Of a stretch of 64,000 bases of DNA, positions 1 through 13,335 are shown in pieces. This DNA comes from Octopus vulgaris. Lineage: Eukaryota. Below the pieces are notes generated by a model, which saw nothing but the letters and a program-made list of their open reading frames with translations, had not been told where the DNA came from and made no database searches. Every line of letters begins with the position of its first letter. The first letter of the stretch is position 1. The translations under genes were made by a program, and so were the position numbers. The stretch lies in NCBI GenBank assembly GCA_951406725.2, contig OX597842.1, forward strand, positions 15,934,001-15,998,000, in the 5' to 3' direction.

Positions 1-760
1 GAAATGAATGCATGGCGAATTTCATAGGGATGTTGAAGATAAGTGATTTGAAACCGGAAATGGAAACTATAATCTGTGCTGCCCAAGAGCAAGCACTAAG
101 AACAAACTGCATAAGATACAGAATTGATAACACAGCAGAAAGTAATAAGTGCAGAATATGTGGACAAAACGGTGAAGCCGTATGGCATATTACTGGCCAA
201 TGTATATCACTAGCGCAGAAGGAATATAAGAGACGCCATGACAATATAGCAAAGCTTTTTCATTGGACACTTTGCAACAAGGTATATTCGAAAATAGAAA
301 TGCAAAGATCATATGGGATTTTATGATTCAGTGCGACTATGAGATAGAGAATAGGAAGTTGGACATAGTCTTAATTGAGAATGTAATCAAACTATGCTAG
401 ATCATAGATATAGCATGTCCAGCTGACAAGATATGCGATAAGGAAGAAAGAATAGCCGAGAGATATGACAGGTTAGCTTGGGAAGTTAAGCAGTTGCGGA
501 TGATGAAAGAGGTGGTAGTAGTACCAATAATTGTCGAAGCTCTGGAACAGTGAGCCAAAATGTCGAGAAGTACGTGAAACAAATAGGGGCTGCAATAAGG
601 GTGGAACACTTGAAAAAGCAGCACTACTTGGAACCGCTCGAATACTCCTGAAGGTGGTTGAAAAATAAAAGGTGTTACCTTAGTTCACTGGTAGTGAACA
701 ACTGACACTAGTACATCTCCAGCGTTAGAAGCTGTGCAAAGGCAATAATAATAATAATGT
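1..760 (+). mobile_element. 3' part of degenerate R4/Dong-like non-LTR retrotransposon (CCHC knuckle + restriction-like endonuclease) ending in (TAA)n
   Basis: ORF 12-326 AAQEQAL..CRICG...WHITGQC..EYKRRHD; downstream frames give KLDIVL..IIDIACP; ends in aataataataat near 745-758. Confidence 0.8.
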
Positions 761-1024
761 TTTGTTTATCATCCTTAAATAAACCTTATTCAGTGACCTT
801 TTGATGGGATGGGCTACTCAACATGAAGAAAATTCTAACCTGACCCCCACCTGCAAAGTCATGCGCTGCTTCTCTTCTCATGAGATCACCGTGACGCACA
901 GATTCCGTTGTGATGCATATGCCTGGTGTACCCTTATCAGACTGGTAGGCATGATGAGTACATTGGGCTTCGTGTATTTGCACCCCAGTGTCATTTTGAT
1001 GGCATGCACTGCTCTCTCAAACAG

Positions 1025-1278
<254 letters not shown>

Positions 1279-1810
1279 TATGTTTGACTTTTGCTTTATA
1301 TTTGTACAAGTTGGCTCCAAGTCTCACCCAGAGACCTTAAGAGACAACAGGTTGGAAGTTCATGTTGTTGTTATGCCTACTGTGCCATATATTATTATTT
1401 TTGGTGTTGTTCTAGTGAGTGTCCAATAAAAAACCAAAATTATGTTTGTTTTAAACCCTGAGATTACATAGAAAGAATTTTGCGTAGGATATGAGGAGTT
1501 CCCATGAGCACTATCTTTTGAGTTTCTGCCATTTTTGGGTTTCCTGGTATCTGAGTTAGGTAGCAATCAGCCCCTTTCGCTATCATTCCCAGGGCACCCA
1601 TGACAACAGGTATTGTTTTAGTTTTCAGGTTCCACATTTTACTGATTTCTATTTCAAGATCTTTATATTTTCTCAGTTTTTGGTAGGTCTTGACAGATAC
1701 GTTTATATCGATTGCGACAGTCATATCAATGAGGAGGCATGTTCTTTGTCTGATTCTTTCAATATGATGTCTGGCCTATTTGCAACTAACTTTCTGTCAG
1801 TTTCAATGGT
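1279..1810 (-). mobile_element. 5'-truncated R4/Dong-like LINE 3' end (REL endonuclease + 3'UTR) embedded in ATT repeats
   Basis: TDRKLVANRPDIILK / YQKLRKYKDLEIEISKMW..IPVVMGALG; near-identical to 34465-35000; (ATT)n on both sides. Confidence 0.88.
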
Positions 1811-1814
1811 TTGA

Positions 1815-1828
1815 ATTATTATTACTAA

Positions 1829-1861
<33 letters not shown>

Positions 1862-1885
1862 CATTATTATTATTATTAATATTAA

Positions 1886-1945
<60 letters not shown>

Positions 1946-1971
1946 CATTGTTATTATTATTGTTATTATTA

Positions 1972-2035
<64 letters not shown>

Positions 2036-2072
2036 TGTTACTCTTATTATTATTATTATTATTATTATTGCT

Positions 2073-2152
<80 letters not shown>
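1815..2152. repeat. (ATT)n switching to (AAT)n microsatellite
   Basis: Direct reading. Confidence 0.95.
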
Positions 2153-2153
<1 letters not shown>

Positions 2154-2529
2154 TTCTTTTATTTGTCACCAGAGTGAAGGATGAAGGGGACAATACAAAG
2201 ACAGACATAAAGTGTGGAGATTTACAGAAAATGGATTGAGAAAATGAAAAGTATACACGGTATGCATTAGAAGAAAGGAAATATACATAGTATGTGACAC
2301 TAGAAAAAGATGTTTAGTAGCGCGGAAGTACGACGACGTCCTCGAGGGGGGGACTAAGCGTCGATGAAGATGAACTGGCAAGTCTATTCCGGAGGACTTT
2401 CCGGTCGGGGACTGTTATAAATAATTTCCAGCTGTCTTTGACCTGGAAGTGTTACCGGGGGGGAGGGGCTCCACCAGATCGAAATATATTTTACATGCAT
2501 GGAAGTGTTGTTAGACATGCTTTGTCCGA

Positions 2530-2990
2530 AGTGCTCGCAGAGTGATGACACCGTTCTGCATGCAGCCCTCGTTTAGTGTCCGGACATTGCTGACTTGTGG
2601 AGTTGTATCGAGCAGCTGCCGTCGCGTGTAGGACAGATCCGTCTGTCGTCCGAGTCCATAATGACGATGTCCCCGCCGCCCTCCTTTAATTGGGCTGGCA
2701 AGGCTGTGCTCCTTTGTTTGGTGGCTGTCACGAAAGAAGTTATATGGTGGACGAGGCTGATGGGATTGAGGACGGAAACTTACCTCTTTGGTAAAGACCT
2801 ACATTCAAGTAGTGTGGTGAGGGAGGTGCTGGTCTCGAGTGAATTTATGAAAAGGTGAGTGAAAGTTGCGAAAATGGCAAAAGTGGAGAGTACCAGAATG
2901 TAGACCTGTGAGTCGGAAGAAGGAAGGTGAAATGGGCTCCGGTCTTTGGTAATCAGGGTGATCTTGGATGGTTGGGGTTCCTTGATTATC
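2530..2990 (+). mobile_element. Tx1/L1-like LINE ORF2 C-terminal relic
   Basis: C..C....DDTVLHA..QCP and GKAVLLCLVAV resemble the 23860-24000 relic of the same family. Confidence 0.5.
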
Positions 2991-3061
2991 CCTAAAGGTC
3001 CTCCTGAATCAGTGGGGTCCCATCACGATTAATAATAATAATAATAATAATAAAAATAATG

Positions 3062-3099
<38 letters not shown>

Positions 3100-3369
3100 G
3101 ATGATGATGATAATAATAATATTATTAATAATAATAATAATTATAATTATAATAATAATAATAATAATAATTATAATAATAATAATAATGATAATAATAA
3201 TAATAATAACATTCACAAGAAGGAGAAGAAGAAGAAGAAAAAGAAGAAGAAGAAGTGTGTAGTATGGCTATTCAGCGGTGATGGAGACGTAAACACTGTA
3301 CATGATATTACCGAATTACACACATATATTAGTACATTCGCATACAAACATCCATACACAAAGATATAT

Positions 3370-3442
<73 letters not shown>

Positions 3443-3444
3443 CA

Positions 3445-4345
3445 TCTTAATTAGAATAGTCAACAACCACATAGAAACAGACATCTTTTATAAACCCACA
3501 GATTCTAGACAATACCTATTATTTAACTCCTGCCACCCCAAACAGATACCCTTTAACCTACTGAAAAGACTCTGCACCATAGTTTCCGATACATACACTC
3601 GAGAACATAGACTCCTTGAACTTAGATCTACATTACCCAATTTCATTAGTAAATGAAGGCATCAAAAGAGCTAAGGAAATAGATATACAAATGTTAAGGA
3701 AAACTAGGCGAAATACTAAACAAGACTTAAAAATACTCCCGTACACTTCCCCATATAACCCTAGAAACGACGAAGCCTTCAACATTATCACCCAAAATCT
3801 TCCCATCCTCACAGCAGACAAAACAATGAACGAAATTTTAAGCTCATATAAAAATATAAAAAGCAAAAAGCAACCGAAGTCACTGAAAGAAATATTAACC
3901 AGCGCTAGACTGTATCCACTAATAACAGAGCCAAAAGTGACAAAATGTGGACGTTCTAACTGTGGAACATGCCTCCACCTTCTGGAGGGTTCAGAATTCC
4001 AATTCAAACAAGGAGAAATATTTAAGATCAAATCAAATTTCACCTGCGCCTCAGTAAATGTAATCTATGACATGACATGCATAGGATGTGGTAAACTCTA
4101 TATTGGTCAAAGAGGAATTTCGCTCCGTCAAAGAATCACCATTCACAAAGAGCGAATCCGTCACCCACAATACAGACAGTTAAATGTGAGTGAACACATA
4201 GGAGGTGTGCCAGGAATCTTAATCCCAATTCCCAAATATTTCCCTTTTACCAATGTTCACAGAACACCACAATGCAACAAAGGTTGAATACAGAGGCATT
4301 TTTCATCAATAAATTTCTCCCCCAACTAAATATGAACACACAACT
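3445..4345 (+). mobile_element. Penelope-like element fragment (RT C-terminus + GIY-YIG endonuclease)
   Basis: IETDIFYKPTDSRQYLLFNSCHP upstream; ORF 3616-4287 has KCGRSNCGTC and FTCASVNVIY.MTCIGCGKLYIGQ..LRQRITIH. Confidence 0.85.
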
Positions 4346-4787
4346 CAATACAGAACACCACTAATTCTTCAATTGAAACCACTAACCCCTATACACCCCC
4401 TACACCACTCACATCTCTAAATCCAGAACTACTTACCTCCCTTACAAATAATACAGAACTACTTACCTCTCTTACAAATAATCTTTTTCTCAGGAACTAT
4501 TAGACCTGACACCGTGTATTAGCCGGTGTTTTTCAGGCGATGAATAGCTTTGCGTAAACCATAGTTCGCTTTGTTCTCTTACTTTATTATCATCTTATAA
4601 TCATCTCATAATAATGACTTTTATGACTCTTATCACTACCTCAGTCAATCTAAATGTATATATTTGTCGTTACCTGTCATAAATATCATTTTTTTTTATT
4701 TGCAATGTGCATTTTCGTTGATTTTTCATATTTTACCCTTACATTTCCACATGTATTTTACATTTTCTTTTTGTAACATATTTCTAC

Positions 4788-4845
<58 letters not shown>

Positions 4846-5031
4846 TGTATTTTTAGATTTTTAACAATTAACACTGAAAAAATAAATAGTTACCAGGGTA
4901 GCAAAAATCTCACAAGTAAAGAGATTGTAACTCCTTGTTTATAAAGGTAGAAACTTCGTGTTTACGTGCAATTGTTAGTATAATATGAATAAATAAATGG
5001 AGTTTAACGCAGGTATAAATGAAATATTTTT

Positions 5032-5117
5032 ACTTTCGACATATGTTTCGAAAATTCCACTGATACCATTCAAGAGGATAAACGGTATAAACAATGCAAT
5101 TTTCTCTTCAGGAAAGT
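5032..5117 (-). ncRNA. Minimal type I hammerhead ribozyme (Penelope pLTR type)
   Basis: Minus strand: ACTTTC-CTGAAGA-GAAAATT...AATTTTC-GAAA-CATAT-GTC-GAAAGT; stem I 6 bp, intact core, palindromic stem III loop (ACATATGT), GUC site. Confidence 0.8.
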
Positions 5118-5459
5118 GAAAAAACGAAACTCGTCAATACGAAATTTTAGCAAAAAATGATGGATTTGTATAGCGATTAACTGAACGCTATTAATATTAT
5201 TTAACAAAACGTTATATGATATAACGTCAGAGGTAGCTTACAGAAAGAGCAGGGATATTGATAATGAAGGTTAAATATAAAGGAATCTAAAGTTTAAATT
5301 ATATATCCTCGAGTTTCATCATGAAGGTTCCACTGATGTCGTGGTGTGTGAGAATGTTAATGTTTTATCATTATAGTTTAAAGTCGAGAGCATCCTCTAG
5401 CATACCTGTCCGCCAGGTATGCTAGAGATAGCTGAAAGTCTTCAGACTAGAAATTCTCA

Positions 5460-6290
5460 TGGAGATCTGCCTTCGGTTGCAAATCTAGAAGTATTACTAC
5501 TTCTCGTCGTTCATTAAGCTGTCCAAGCATGTTCCCTTTTTGATCGCCATCGCACATGCGTGTGAAAAAGCGATGCTTCCTTTCAGAATCCATATCTTTA
5601 CACAGCAGTTTAAAAAGACGACTGTTTAGGCTCCACCTTTAACAAAGTTGACAACCTTGATAGCCACGTTCAGGAGTTTTCTAATTTCAGTAGGGAAGGT
5701 TTTGGATAGTAAGGCTTCACGATGAGGTATGCAGTGTGTACTACAACAGATGAAGTTTTTTCCTTCACTCTAGCAATGAATCCAGACTGCAGACCAAGCA
5801 TGGCCGGACCTCCATCAGTACACACTTTTACCTGGTCGAGAATTTAATCTTTGATGTTTTCAGACAAGACGTCGATCCTTCACTTGACTGTATCATTTGA
5901 TAGTGAAATCGGGGAAAGCTTGTATGCACTATCTTTCCCCTGAACGAGTTCTGCTGCAGGTAGTAGACTTGGTTTTAGGAGAGACTCTCCAATATCACGG
6001 CTCTTCAAGTCTCGACAATTATTGAAGTTTGTTGCCGAAATGCCCCATTACTGTCAAACCTAGCTTGCTTCAAGAAACTTCTTTTTGTTTCAGAGAATGT
6101 CTTGAGCTTGTCTGCAAGAGCAGGATGTGTTGTCCTCATGTGGCATTCCAAGCGTCAGGGTCGCATTCCATCATTGCTCAAAAATTTTGTAACATACCAC
6201 ACACTGGGGCACTTCTGTGTCACCCGTTTGGAGGGACACGAATCCAAATCGAAATATATTCGTCAAGATACTTCGATTACTCTGCACTCA
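5460..6290 (-). mobile_element. Degenerate hAT (Charlie/Buster-type) transposase
   Basis: Minus-strand frames give PQCVVCYK (BED finger), IGESLLKP, SNDTVK, CTDGGPAMLGLQSGFIARVK, THCIPHREALLSK, HTHVRW; frameshifted. Confidence 0.85.
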
Positions 6291-6984
6291 TTGCGAATTA
6301 TTTCATGTGCAGTGGACAACAGAAATATGTGAACAAAAGGTAAGACACGCGTAAGATTATCTCAAGGACCAAGATGGAACATTTTGAGTAAAAAGTTCTG
6401 AAATTTTTTTTTAATATTTGGAGTAAAAGAACAGATATTCGAAACATTTGTTCAATAAAATGTTGTAGTTTTTGTACGAAAATATAAAAAAATGTTTCTT
6501 GAGAAAGAAAACATTTTGCATAGGTTTTAGTTTTACATAGTACTTTCTGTAATATTTAAGTTTGATTTTAGTTTAACATTTGGCTTTATATTATAATTAT
6601 AATCTTACCAACGTGTTTACTATATCTTTCACGTAAGCATTTAATAATAAAAATTTTGGTTTTATTGCCAATATTTTTTTCTAATGTGTGTTTTAATTGT
6701 TTTGAGACTTTATTAAATTGAGAAATAGTAGAATCTATTATTTTTGTTTTATTTCCTATTTTTAAATATATAATACTTTTGATCTTCCTAATATTTTAAA
6801 ATAGTTTTCAATTTCTTAAATTAAGTCAATATTTCTTAGTATGTTACTATAATGATTTGATAATGTTTCAGCATGTCTCTTGATTTTTAAGAATCATATT
6901 ATTTCATATATATGAAAACTGTGGATCAAACTTCTTTATAATCTATTAACTGGAAAAGATGTTAAAAGTATCTATGTCTTGTAA

Positions 6985-7353
6985 CGGCGGTTCTTAACCT
7001 GAGTCGTGTTGTAACAAAACAAAAATAAAAGGCAAATGTTAAAATGTTAAAATATAGGCAAATGTTAAAGCTACAATTCAGAAATAAGTGAGAGTTTTGA
7101 AGGATATGAAGAGGGGTCAGCAATTACAGAAATGGTGAGTGGCACTAAGATAGTAGAATAAGAAAACTAAGTGTATTAGGCGATAATTTCTCATTTTTTC
7201 CATAAACTTGTCATTATTTGACCATGATCTCGTTAAGAAAATAACACATATAATTAGAGTAAATCCCACTTTTTCGCAAGCGGTCGCACTCCCTTCAGAG
7301 TTACTGACGCACCCCCTGCCCCAGGGGTCGCGCTCCGAGGTTAAGAACCACTG
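6985..7353. mobile_element. hAT/Charlie-type MITE
   Basis: Terminal inverted repeats CGGCGGTTCTTAACCT (6985) and AGGTTAAGAACCACTG (to 7353), resembling Charlie CAGTGGTTCT ends. Confidence 0.65.
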
Positions 7354-7738
7354 ATCCCGAGGTAAACAACGTACATGATATAGACACTGAATTACACACT
7401 AATTTTTATACACTCCCATTCACTCATCCATACACTGAGACAGGTATTATATATAAACACAGGTATGCATTAACTATGCCTCCTCAAGTGTCACACTGAT
7501 ATATATATATATATATATACCACCTGTCAGAAATGCTACCACACTCACAGTCACAATCATTCGCATATATCTCCTATCTTAAAAGTGGACCCAGACTCAC
7601 ATTCACAAACATCCAAAACCAATAAAATGCATGTATAGAGAGACGGATGTAGACCTTAAATTGAAGTATGGAAAGACATTACGGATTTAGGAAGATATCT
7701 TCAGTGAAATAGTATAAAAGAAGATTGATTCAACTTAC

Positions 7739-7810
7739 AGAGTTTCTAAACTGGAGAGAGTTTGGAAAGTTGTTTCGTTGATTGCTTGGATATCGTTTTC
7801 AGCCAAATTC
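7739..7810 (-). CDS. LRR exon, type A (NLAENDIQAINETTFQTLSSLETL)
   Basis: 72 bp, ccag acceptor and gtaagtt donor, phase 2/2, typical 24-aa LRR. Confidence 0.9.
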
Positions 7811-8564
7811 CTGGAAATTAAAATTGTGTTAAAAACATTTATGGTAAGAAAGAGAATAAGATAATGAAGAAGTAGATAATGATGATGATGATGATGAAGA
7901 AGGAGCAGAAAAAGAAGAAGGAGAAGAAGAAAATAAAGAACAAGAAAAGAAGTAAAAGAAGAAGGGGAGGAGGAGGAAGAGGCGAGGGAGAAGAATAATA
8001 ATAAGAAGAAGAAAAAGAAGAGAATGAAGGAGAAGAGGAGCAACAAGTAGGAGATACTTCCAGAGAAGGAAACAAACACTAGTTGAGCGAAGTCCCTAAA
8101 TGGAAAAAAATGCATGAAAGACACCATCCAAGTACCTCCCCACAACACATACACACAACTATCTACTATAACACCAACATTACCAACGCCACCAGTATCG
8201 CTGCCAGCACCACCCGCCATACAAATATCCCCTTCGAAATCACCTTCGTAAATGTCCCTGCAATCCACATATTGAAGCCCTAATGAAATACATACATAAG
8301 ACTACCAACATCACACCAATAGATCACAGCACCTAACGCTTCACCTCAAATACAAATACTCAGCATAACTAACAACCCCTTAATTTCTTGAAACAAAATC
8401 TACCCCTTTGCGCTGGGAAATTTCCAAAGAACAATAACCAAAAGTTTTTACAAAACCTGATCGTGGAAACTCCTACAACCACCGAGAAGGGTGAGAGAGA
8501 CCATTCAACCTCGCCGCATCCCAAAATTAAGTTGTGCATCATTTTGTTTCTCTCATCATTGTTG

Positions 8565-9086
8565 TTCAAGCAAGGCAGTTTAAACGTGCGTGGACAGGGA
8601 TCAGTTTTCAAGTAAGGACGCTTTCTAAACGACCTCAGGTCACTGGATTTGGACGGTGTAGTCATTAGTGAAGCCAGACTGACCGGACCACAAGTTTTTT
8701 CTCTCCCCTCTATGGAGGATATGAGATGTAACGTTTCAGTGCCACCCGAGACAAGGCGATGAAACTGCAATTTGGTTCCAGAAAGGTCTAGATCTAGAGA
8801 TCAGTGTAGTCTTTGCGGACCCAGACGGCAATCTCGTCGTCCTTGATGTGAATGGTACTGATGGTGATGCTTTCAGACTGGTCGCTGTCTATGCACCAAC
8901 AAATGTTGGACAGTCAGATTATTTCAGGCGTCCGGAAGCTTTTTTGGGAATGTTGCGTAGTTTAGTATTAGTAGGTGATTTCACAGAATCCTAAGATGCA
9001 CGAATGGATTGTGAGGGGTCAAATGATAGAATTGGAAACAAATGCCTCACAAACCTGCTCAGACGTTTCCAGCTGTCTGAGAGGTA
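8565..9086 (+). mobile_element. Tx1/L1-like apurinic endonuclease fragment (repeated in each array unit)
   Basis: GSLNVRG..FLNDLRSLDLDGVVISEARL..FRLVAVYAPT..LVLVGDF, with stops. Confidence 0.8.
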
Positions 9087-9534
9087 TCGCGCTCCCTTCA
9101 GAGTTACTGACGCACCCCCTGCCCCAGGAGATGCGCTCCTAGGTGAAGAAGCACTGATCTCGAGGTAAACAACGTACATGATATAGACACTGAATTACAC
9201 ACTAATTTTTATACACTCCCATTCACGCATCCATACACCGAGACAGGTATTTATATATAAACACAGGTATGCATTAAATATGCCTCGTGAAGTGTCACAC
9301 TGATATATATATATACCAACTGTCAGAAATGCTACCACACTCACAGTCACAATCATTCGCATATATCTCCTATCTTAAAAGTGGATCCAGACTCACATTC
9401 ACAAACATCCCAAACCAATAAAATGCATGTATAGAGAGACGGATGTAGACCTTAAATTGAAGTATGGGAAGACATTACGCATTTAGGAAGATGTCTTCAG
9501 TGAAATAGTATAAAAGAAGATTGATTCAACTTAC

Positions 9535-9606
9535 AGATTTTCTAAACTGGAGAGATTTTGGAAAGTGTTTTCGTTGATTGCTTGGATATCGTTATAACTC
9601 AAATCC
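9535..9606 (-). CDS. LRR exon, type B (DLSYNDIQAINENTFQNLSSLENL)
   Basis: 72 bp, ccag/gtaagtt, phase 2/2. Confidence 0.9.
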
Positions 9607-11391
9607 CTGGTGAATAAAATTAAATCAAGAAGAACATTTATAGTAAGAAAAAGAAAAGGATGATGGAGAAGGAGTAGATATTGATGATGATGAAGAAGAA
9701 GAAGAAGAAGGAGAAGAAGAAAAAGAAGAAAGAGAAGAAGAAGAAGAAAAAGAAAAAGGAGAAGAAAAAGAAGTACAAGGAGAAGAAGAAGAAGAAGAAG
9801 AAGAAGAAGAAGAAGAGGGAGGCGGAAGCGAGGGAGAAGTAGAAGAAGAAGAAAAAGAAGAAGAAGAAGAAAAAGAAGAGAATGAAGGAGAAGAGGAGCA
9901 ACAAGTAGGAGATACTTCCAGAGAAGGAAACAAACACTAGTTGAGCGAAGTCCCTAATTGGAAAAAAATGCATGAAGAACACCATCCAAGCACCTCCCCA
10001 CAACACATACACACAACTATCTACTACAACACCAACATTACCAACACCACCAGTACCGCTGCCAGCAGCACCCGCCATACAAATATCCCCTTCGAAATCA
10101 CCTTCGTAAATTTCCCTGCAATCCACATATTGAAGCCCTAATGAAATACATACATAAGACTACCACCATCACACCAAAAGATCACAGCACCTAACGCTTC
10201 ACCTCAAATACAAATACTCAGCATAACTAACAACCCCTTAATTTCTTGAAACAAAATCTACCCCTTTGTGCTGGGAAATTTCCAAAGAACAATAACCAAA
10301 AGTTTTACAAAACCTGATCGTGGAAACTCCTACAACCACCGAGAAGGGTGAGAGAAACCATTCAACCTCGCCGCATCCCAAAATTAAGTTGTGCATCATT
10401 TTGTTTCTCTCATCATTGTTGTTCAAGCAAGGCAGTTTAAATGTGCGTGGACAGGGATCAGTTTTCAAGTAAGGACGCTTTCTAAACGACCTCAGGTCAC
10501 TGGATTTGGACGGTGTAGTCATTAGTGAAGCCAGACTGACCTGACCACAAGTTTTTTCTCTCCCCTCTATGGAGGATATGAGATGTAACGTTTCAGTGCC
10601 ACCCGAGACAAGGCGATGAAACTGCAATTTGGTTCCAGAAAGGTCTAGATCTAGAGATCAGTGTAGTCTTTGCGGACCCAGACGGCAATCTCGTCGTCCT
10701 TGATGTGAATGGTACTGATGGTGATGCTTTCAGACTGGTCGCTGTCTATGCACCAACAAATGTTGGACAGTCAGATTATTTCAGGCGTCCGGAAGCTTTT
10801 TTGGGAATGTTGCGTAGTTTAGTATTAGTAGGTGATTTCACAGAATCCTAAGATGCACGAATGGATTGTGAGGGGTCAAATGATAGAATTGGAAACAAAT
10901 GCCTCACAAACCTGCTCAGACGTTTCCAGCAGTCTGAGAGGTATCGCGCTCCCTTCAGAGTTACTGACGCACCCCCTGCCCCAGGGGATGCGCTCCTAGG
11001 TGAAGAAGCACTGATCTCGAGGTAAACAACGTACGTGATATAGACACTGAATTACACACTAATTTTTATACACTCCCATTCACGCATCCATACACCGAGA
11101 CAGGTATTTATATATAAACACAGGTATGCATTAAATATGCCTCGTGAAGTGTCACACTGATATATATATATACCAACTGTCAGAAATGCTACCACACTCA
11201 CAGTCACAATCATTCGCATATATCTCCTATCTTAAAAGTGGATCCAGACTCACATTCACAAACATCCAAAACCAATAAAATGCATGTATAGAGAGACGGA
11301 TGTAGACCTTAAATTGAAGTATGGGAAGACATTACGCATTTAGGAAGATATCTTCGGTGAAATAGTATAAAAGAAGATTGATTCAACTTAC

Positions 11392-11463
11392 AGATTTTCT
11401 AAACTGGAGAGATTTTGGAAAGTGTTTTCGTTGATTGCTTGGATATCGTTATAACTCAAATCC
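11392..11463 (-). CDS. LRR exon, type B
   Basis: 72 bp, intact splice sites. Confidence 0.9.
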
Positions 11464-13263
11464 CTGGTGAATAAAATTAAATCAAGAAGAACATTTATAG
11501 TAAGAAAAAGAAAAGGATGATGGAGAAGGAGTAGATATTGATGATGATGAAGAAGAAGAAGAAGAAGGAGAAGAAGAAAAAGAAGAAAGAGAAGAAGAAG
11601 AAGAAAAAGAAAAAGGAGAAGAAAAAGAAGTACAAGGAGAAGAAGAAGAAGAAGAAGAAGAAGAAGAAGAAGAAGAAGAAGAAGAAGAAGAGGGAGGCGG
11701 AAGCGAGGGAGAAGTAGAAGAAGTAGAAGGAGAAGAAGAAGAAAAAGAAGAGAATGAAGGAGAAGAGGAGCAACAAGTAGGAGATACTTCCAGAGAAGGA
11801 AACAAACACTAGTTGAGCGAAGTCCCTAATTGGAAAAAAATGCATGAAGGACACCATCCAAGCACCTCCCCACAACACATACACACAACTATCTACTATA
11901 ACACCAACATTACCAACACCACCAGTACCGCTGCCAGCAGCACCCGCCATACAAATATCCCCTTCGAAATCACCTTCGTAAATTTCCCTGCAATCCACAT
12001 ATTGAAGCCCTAATGAAATACATACATAAGACTACCACCATCACACCAAAAGATCACAGCACCTAACGCTTCACCTCAAATACAAATACTCAGCATAACT
12101 AACAACCCCTTAATTTCTTGAAACAAAATCTACCCCTTTGCGCTGGGAAATTTCCAAAGAACAATAACCAAAAGTTTTACAAAACCTGATCGTGGAAACT
12201 CCTACAACCACCGAGAAGGGTGAGAGAAACCATTCAACCTCGCCGCATCCCAAAATTAAGTTGTGCATCATTTTGTTTCTCTCATCATTGTTGTTCAAGC
12301 AAGGCAGTTTAAACGTGCGTGGACAGGGATCAGTTTTCAAGTAAGGACGCTTTCTAAACGACCTCAGGTCACTGGATTTGGACGGTGTAGTCATTAGTGA
12401 AGCCAGACTGACCGGACCACAAGTTTTTTCTCTCCCCTCTATGGAGGATATGAGATGTAACGTTTCAGTGCCACCCGAGACAAGGCGATGAAACTGCAAT
12501 TTGGTTCCAGAAAGGTCTAGATCTAGAGATCAGTGTAGTCTTTGCGGACCCAGACGGCAATCTCGTCGTCCTTGATGTGAATGGTACTGATGGTGATGCT
12601 TTCAGACTGGTCGCTGTCTATGCACCAACAAATGTTGGACAGTCAGATTATTTCAGGCGTCCGGAAGCTTTTTTGGGAATGTTGCGTAGTTTAGTATTAG
12701 TAGGTGATTTCACAGAATCCTAAGATGCACGAATGGATTGTGAGGGGTCAAATGATAGAATTGGAAACAAATGACTCACAAACCTGCTCAGACGTTTCCA
12801 GCAGTCTGAGAGGTATCGCGCTCCCTTCAGAGTTACTGACGCACCCTCTGCCCCAGCGGATGCGCTCCTAGGTGAAGAAGCACTGATCTCGAGGTAAACA
12901 ACGTACATGATATAGACACTGAATTACACACTAATTTTTATACACTCCCATTCACGCATCCATACACCGAGACAGGTATTTATATATAAACACAGGTATG
13001 CATTAAATATGCCTCGTGAAGTGTCACACTGATATATATATATACCAACTGTCAGAAATGCTACCACACTCACAGTCACAATCATTCGCATATATCTCCT
13101 ATCTTAAAAGTGGACCCAGACTCACATTCACAAACATCCAAAACCAATAAAATGCATGTATAGAGAGACGGATGTAGACCTTAAATTGAAGTATGGAAAG
13201 ACATTACGGATTTAGGAAGATATCTTCAGTGAAATAGTATAAAAGAAGATTGATTCAACTTAC

Positions 13264-13335
13264 AGAGTTTCTAAACTGGAGAGAGTTTGGAAAGTTGTTT
13301 CGTTGATTGCTTGGATATCGTTTTCAGCCAAATTC
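13264..13335 (-). CDS. LRR exon, type A
   Basis: 72 bp, intact splice sites, identical to 7739-7810. Confidence 0.9.

Noticed and set aside
5236-5290. Possible further minus-strand exon (gtaagc donor at ~5241)
   Set aside because: In-frame stop in the required phase and no LRR pattern
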